DNA from: Octopus bimaculoides
Taxonomy: Eukaryota
DNA: 55,309 bases
Direction of reading: 5' to 3'
Assembly: GCF_001194135.2 (NCBI RefSeq)
Contig: NC_068985.1
Coordinates: 44,133,166 to 44,188,474, forward strand
Shown: positions 50,941-55,309 of the stretch, in pieces
How the letters are laid out: each line of letters begins with the position of its first letter
Position numbering within the stretch: position 1 is the stretch's first letter
The notes under the pieces: generated by a model
Databases searched by the model: none
What the model was told of the DNA's origin: nothing
The model's input: only the letters and a program-made list of their open reading frames with translations
Translations under genes and position numbers: made by a program

Positions 50941-51261
50941 TGTTTTGGAGGTGGTAGAACAAATAGAGAGAAGATGGCAGGACTATGGGGCTAGAGGTGG
51001 GAACCTGTTGGTGGGTAGCTCTGTGCTAATCATTTGAGTGGCTTTCTTTGATACTGTCTTTTTTGGGATGTTGCTATTGTTGCTATGTATGTTCCTATAT
51101 TGAACTGGGTTGGATATGTCTGCAATACATCCCCTCTATCTCCAGAAGCATTGATACTGTCTCATCAATAAAGATCGGTGGCTACATTAACTCATGTCCA
51201 AGTAGTTATTCTATAGTAAGTGATTAAGCCTTTTCAGCTTGATGAGTGCAGAGTGTACCAG

Positions 51262-51580
51262 TGCCTGAGGTGGCTGTTCAGACTAAGGGTGGTATAAAAG
51301 AGCCAGGGACATCTATTTTAGGGGAGAGTTGGTAGGGGATGAGGAAGTGCGAGTCATTCTCTACATCTTCAATGTCTGATCTCTGCCTCTTGATGTCTGT
51401 TATTTTCCATCTGCACTGTTCCCTTGATGACCTGCCACTACTTTGGACGGTCCTTGGTGGATAGTCTCCCAGGTGTTTGGGCCAATGGAGCAGTGGAGGT
51501 GAGTGCCCTGAGCTGGTCTTGAAAATGTAAAGCCCAACCATAATGTCCCTGCATTAGTCTATCCTTACCACATGCATCTT
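51262..51580 (-). mobile_element. Old RTE-BovB-like LINE C-terminus
   Basis: Frameshifted FQDQLR..HCSIGPNTWET..KDRPK*WQVIKGTVQMENNRHQEAEIR...RCPWLFYTTLSLNSHLR. Confidence 0.6.
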
Positions 51581-52471
51581 TCACAAAGGGGAATGCTACA
51601 TGACTACTCAACTTCCTAGAAATATCTGTGAAATCTTCCTTATTTCACTATTTTCCATCCTAAATCTTCAAGAAAGCAGACATTGGAGATGAAGTCTGGG
51701 ATACACTAACTGGCACTTCAGTTATGACAACAAGGATTGTAGTTGAAACAAACAGCCTGCTTATGAAATTAATGTGCAGACATGCATACCCTTAACATAG
51801 TTCCCAGGGAGATTCAGTGTGACATAGAATGTGGCAAGGCCGGTCCTTTGAATTATAGGTACAACTGATTTTTGCCAGCTGAGTGGACTGGAGCAACATA
51901 AAATAAATTGTCTTGCTGAAGGACACGATGCACTGCCAGGAATTAAACTCACGACCTTACGATCTTAAGCCAAATACCCTAACCACTAAACTATGCACTT
52001 TCATCTGGGATACACAGTGGCCATAAAGAAAAAGACAGGATGATCACATCTAGAATTCCTCTGCTCATTGGTCTGCTTAATTGAGGTTGTCTTGGAGCAA
52101 CACGTAACTTTTGCTATCATCTTTGATACCTGTTTCATTTATCTCCCTCAACATGTATCATCTAATTAAAGTACTAGCACATAATTAAATGGCCATAACC
52201 AAATGACTATAATTAACTGGCCATAATTAGACACCCATAATTAACATAATTAGATGGTCATGTCCCAACTGAAAATAAAAAAGCTGATGAGACAGATGAA
52301 GAAGTATCTACATACACTGTTGCTTGATCTGCTAGAAATAACAACCAAATCCCCATGAAGTCTCTGATACACCAAAACATAGAGTGGCCATGGATAGAAT
52401 AGCTAAATCATAAGATTTCTGGACCAGAGGCTAAAACAACAAAATCTAGAACAAGATGATAGGAGTTAAGA

Positions 52472-52649
52472 CTGGTCAACGTTTGTCAAATATATTTAGC
52501 AATGCTCAACAGCAGTCAAATATAGTTAGTAATGGTCAACATTGGGCAGATATATTTATAATGATCAGTAGTGGTTAAACATTTAGCAATGGTCAATGAT
52601 TGTTAAATATATGTAGCAATGGTTAACAAGTGTCAGATATATTTAGTAA
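52472..52649. repeat. 30-bp minisatellite, about 6 degenerate units
   Basis: Consensus ATGGTCAACANNNGTCAAATATATTTAGCA. Confidence 0.8.
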
Positions 52650-52849
52650 TGCAGATATTGCTTCAAGTATAACTATTTGTTTTTTTAAGCGCAGTGTCTG
52701 GTTGCAGGCTGAAGATATGACAAACTGATAATGCTATATCAGCTACAATAGTTGTAGTTGATTGACAATTGACAAGTCCCTTAACACTTTGGGGGTTGTT
52801 GGGGACACTGCAGCCAGGCAGCATACCTAGAGAGAGAAAGCCTGGCAGA

Positions 52850-53081
52850 GTCCATCCCTCTCCGGGCTAAACTCATTTCTACAGCTGAGTGGACTGGAGC
52901 AACGTGAAATGAAGTGTTTTGCTCAAGAATGTAATGAATTGCCTGATCCAGGGATCGAAACTACAATCTTACGGTCATGAATCCAACACCCAAACCACTA
53001 AGTGATGCGCCTCCACTAATGGTACTCATTTCTACAGCTGAGTGGACTGGAACAGTGTGAAGTGAAGTGTTTTGCTCAAGA
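52850..53081 (-). mobile_element. CORE/Meta-like SINE 5' part plus a duplicated core fragment
   Basis: ACTCATTTCTACAGCTGAGTGGACTGGA..GTGAA.TGAAGTGTTTTGCTCAAGA occurs twice; the head reverse complement is GTGGAGGCGCATCACTTAGTGG. Confidence 0.7.
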
Positions 53082-53303
53082 GTCTTTTTTGCCGAACCGC
53101 TAAGTTACGGGGAGGTAGACACACCAACATCGGTTGTTAAGCGATTGTGGGGGCGAACAAACACAGACACACAAACATACACACACACACACACACACAC
53201 ACGCAATGGGCTTCTTTCAATTTCCATCTACCAAATCCACTCATAAGGCTCCGTGCAGTGGGACTGAACCCAGAACCTTGTGTTTGGTAAGCAAGCTACT
53301 TAC
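53082..53303 (-). mobile_element. SINE A with internal deletion
   Basis: Family motifs on the reverse strand. Confidence 0.75.
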
Positions 53304-55082
53304 CACACAGCCACTTCTGCACTTATATATATATATATATATATATATATCATTGTTATTATGTAACCACATTACAGAGTGTACTGGGTGCTTTTTATAT
53401 GACATCAGCATCAGTGATTTATACATGGCACCAACATGGATACTTTTTCTGTGGTACTGGCATGAGTACTTTTTATATATATATATATATATTTTGTCAG
53501 ACATGTGGTACTGGCATGAGTACCTTTTATATATATATATATATTTTGTCAGACATAATTGTAGCTGTGGTTGTTTCAGTAACGGTTTATGTTGGTAAAA
53601 ACCAAGAAGAGAAACAAAACTAAGAATTTTGTATGTGTTTGTCTCCCACCACTGCTTCCCAATTGGTGTTGGTTTGTTTATGTCCCTGTTACTTGCTTGG
53701 TTCAGCAAAAGGGACCAATAATGTAAGTAAAAGGCCTTAAAAAAACAATATAAATACTTGGGTCAATTCGTTTGACTGAAACCCTTCATAGTGGCGCCCC
53801 AGCTTGGCCACAGTTCAATGACTGAGATGGCTGTAGTCCAATGACTAAAACAAGTAGAAAATAAAAAATAGTTGTGGTTGTTTCAGTAACTTTTCACGTC
53901 GGTGAAACCAAGAAACGAAAGAAGCCAAAGAATATTATACAAACTCGGTGTGTTTTTTGTATTCTTTATGAGATGTCTTGGAATATCCTAAAGAGATTCT
54001 GTATATAAAGATAAAGAACTCAAGATAACACAAAGATGGCCAGTGCTTTAAATTGTTACAGTGCAACGAATTCAATTCTTGGATTTATATGCTCAAATAC
54101 CACCACCACCACCACTACTACTGTTGGTGGTGGTGCTGCTGCAGTTAGTGCTACTGCTGCTACCACCTTTGTTAGTATCCACTTTTCTATGCTTGCCTGG
54201 GTTGGAATAGAATTTGTTGAGGCAGATTTTCTACAGCTACATGTTCTTCTTGTTGCCAGCCTTTTATTTCCAAGTAAAGTAATATCCCCATGACCAAACA
54301 TGTTTTCTCGGAAAATTGGGAACAACAGACACCACTTGCATGGTGGTGATATTCGTTTACAGCTACTGCATGAAGTCAAGACAATGAAACAATAACCTCC
54401 CACTTCCACACACACACATATGATGGGACTGAACCCAAGATCAGGTTTGGAAGCAAACTTCTTACCATACAGCCATGTCTACGCTTTTCTTGATAAATAA
54501 ATGATCTGCATGTGGTTGTTGTTTAACCCTGGATTGGCCCAGATCAAGAGGCAGATAATCAAAGAAGTTCCAACTATAACCATCCTATTTTGTTTCCAGT
54601 GATAGCACAGCTAAGGGCTAATGGATTGACAGAATCTTTAGAGTGTTGTCCAAAACAGCTTATGGTATGTACATTATGGGTTGAAATTTCTCATGAAGTC
54701 AAGTTTGCCTTTCATCTTTCCAGGGTCATCATCATCCTTGTTTAACGTCTGCTTTCTATGCTGGCATGGGTTGGAGGATTTGACTGAGGGTTGGCAAGCC
54801 AGAAGGCTGTACCAGGCTACAATCTGAACCTGGCAAGGTTTCTACAGTTGGACACCCTTCCTAATGCCAGCCACTCTGAGAGTGTAGTGGGTGAAAATGC
54901 CAGTCACATATTGGGGGCAATATAATCAACAGTTACATTTTCTCACCTTTCTGGTTTCATTCTTTTACTTGTTTCAGTCATTTGACTGCTGCCAGAGTTT
55001 TAGTCGAAGAGTTCAATCTCAGGACTTAGTCTTTGTAAGCCTAGTACTTACTCTATCAGTCTCTTTTGCCGAATCACGAAGT

Positions 55083-55309
55083 TATCATCATCATCGTTTA
55101 ACGTCCGCTTTCCATGCTAGCATGGGTTGGACGATTTGACTGAGGACTGGTGCAACCGGATGGCTACACCAGGCTCCAATCTAGTTTGGCAGAGTTTCTA
55201 CAGCTGGATGCCCTTCCTAATGCCAACCACTCAGAGAGTGTAGTGGGTGCTTTTACGTGTCACCCGCACGAAAACGGCCACACTCGAAATGGTGTCTTTT
55301 ATGTGCCAC
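55083..55309 (-). mobile_element. Young RTE 3' UTR copy running off the window edge
   Basis: Near-identical to 6170-6400. Confidence 0.85.

Noticed and set aside
52472-52649. CRISPR-like array
   Set aside because: Contiguous degenerate units with no unique spacers, in a eukaryotic context.

Overview
AT-rich eukaryotic DNA, rich in microsatellites and retroposons, with nine N-gaps that mostly abut (AT)n runs. The repeat repertoire looks like an Octopus-type cephalopod intron or intergenic region; this is an inference from recognising the repeats, not from a search. I can support no intact host protein-coding gene, rRNA, tRNA gene or CRISPR array. Nearly all ORFs in the supplied track are artefacts of microsatellites, gaps or repeats. 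Supported content: (1) a Penelope-like RT fragment at the left edge; (2) two decayed RLE-type (R4/Dong/NeSL-like) LINE remnants; (3) RTE and BovB-like LINE 3' ends, with many short RTE 3'-tail copies ending in (GAT)n; (4) several modular tRNA-headed SINE families; (5) an internally deleted DD37D (maT-type) transposon, a mariner fragment and hAT-like MITEs; (6) several unrelated foldback palindromes. The most interesting signal is at 30.9-31.7 kb, where two type I hammerhead-ribozyme motifs on opposite strands converge on a ~220-bp foldback. The minus-strand motif has intact core nucleotides, an 8-bp stem I and a palindromic stem III. Several short minus-strand exon candidates may belong to a long-intron host transcript, but this is unproven. 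Most repeat boundaries are approximate to tens of bp.
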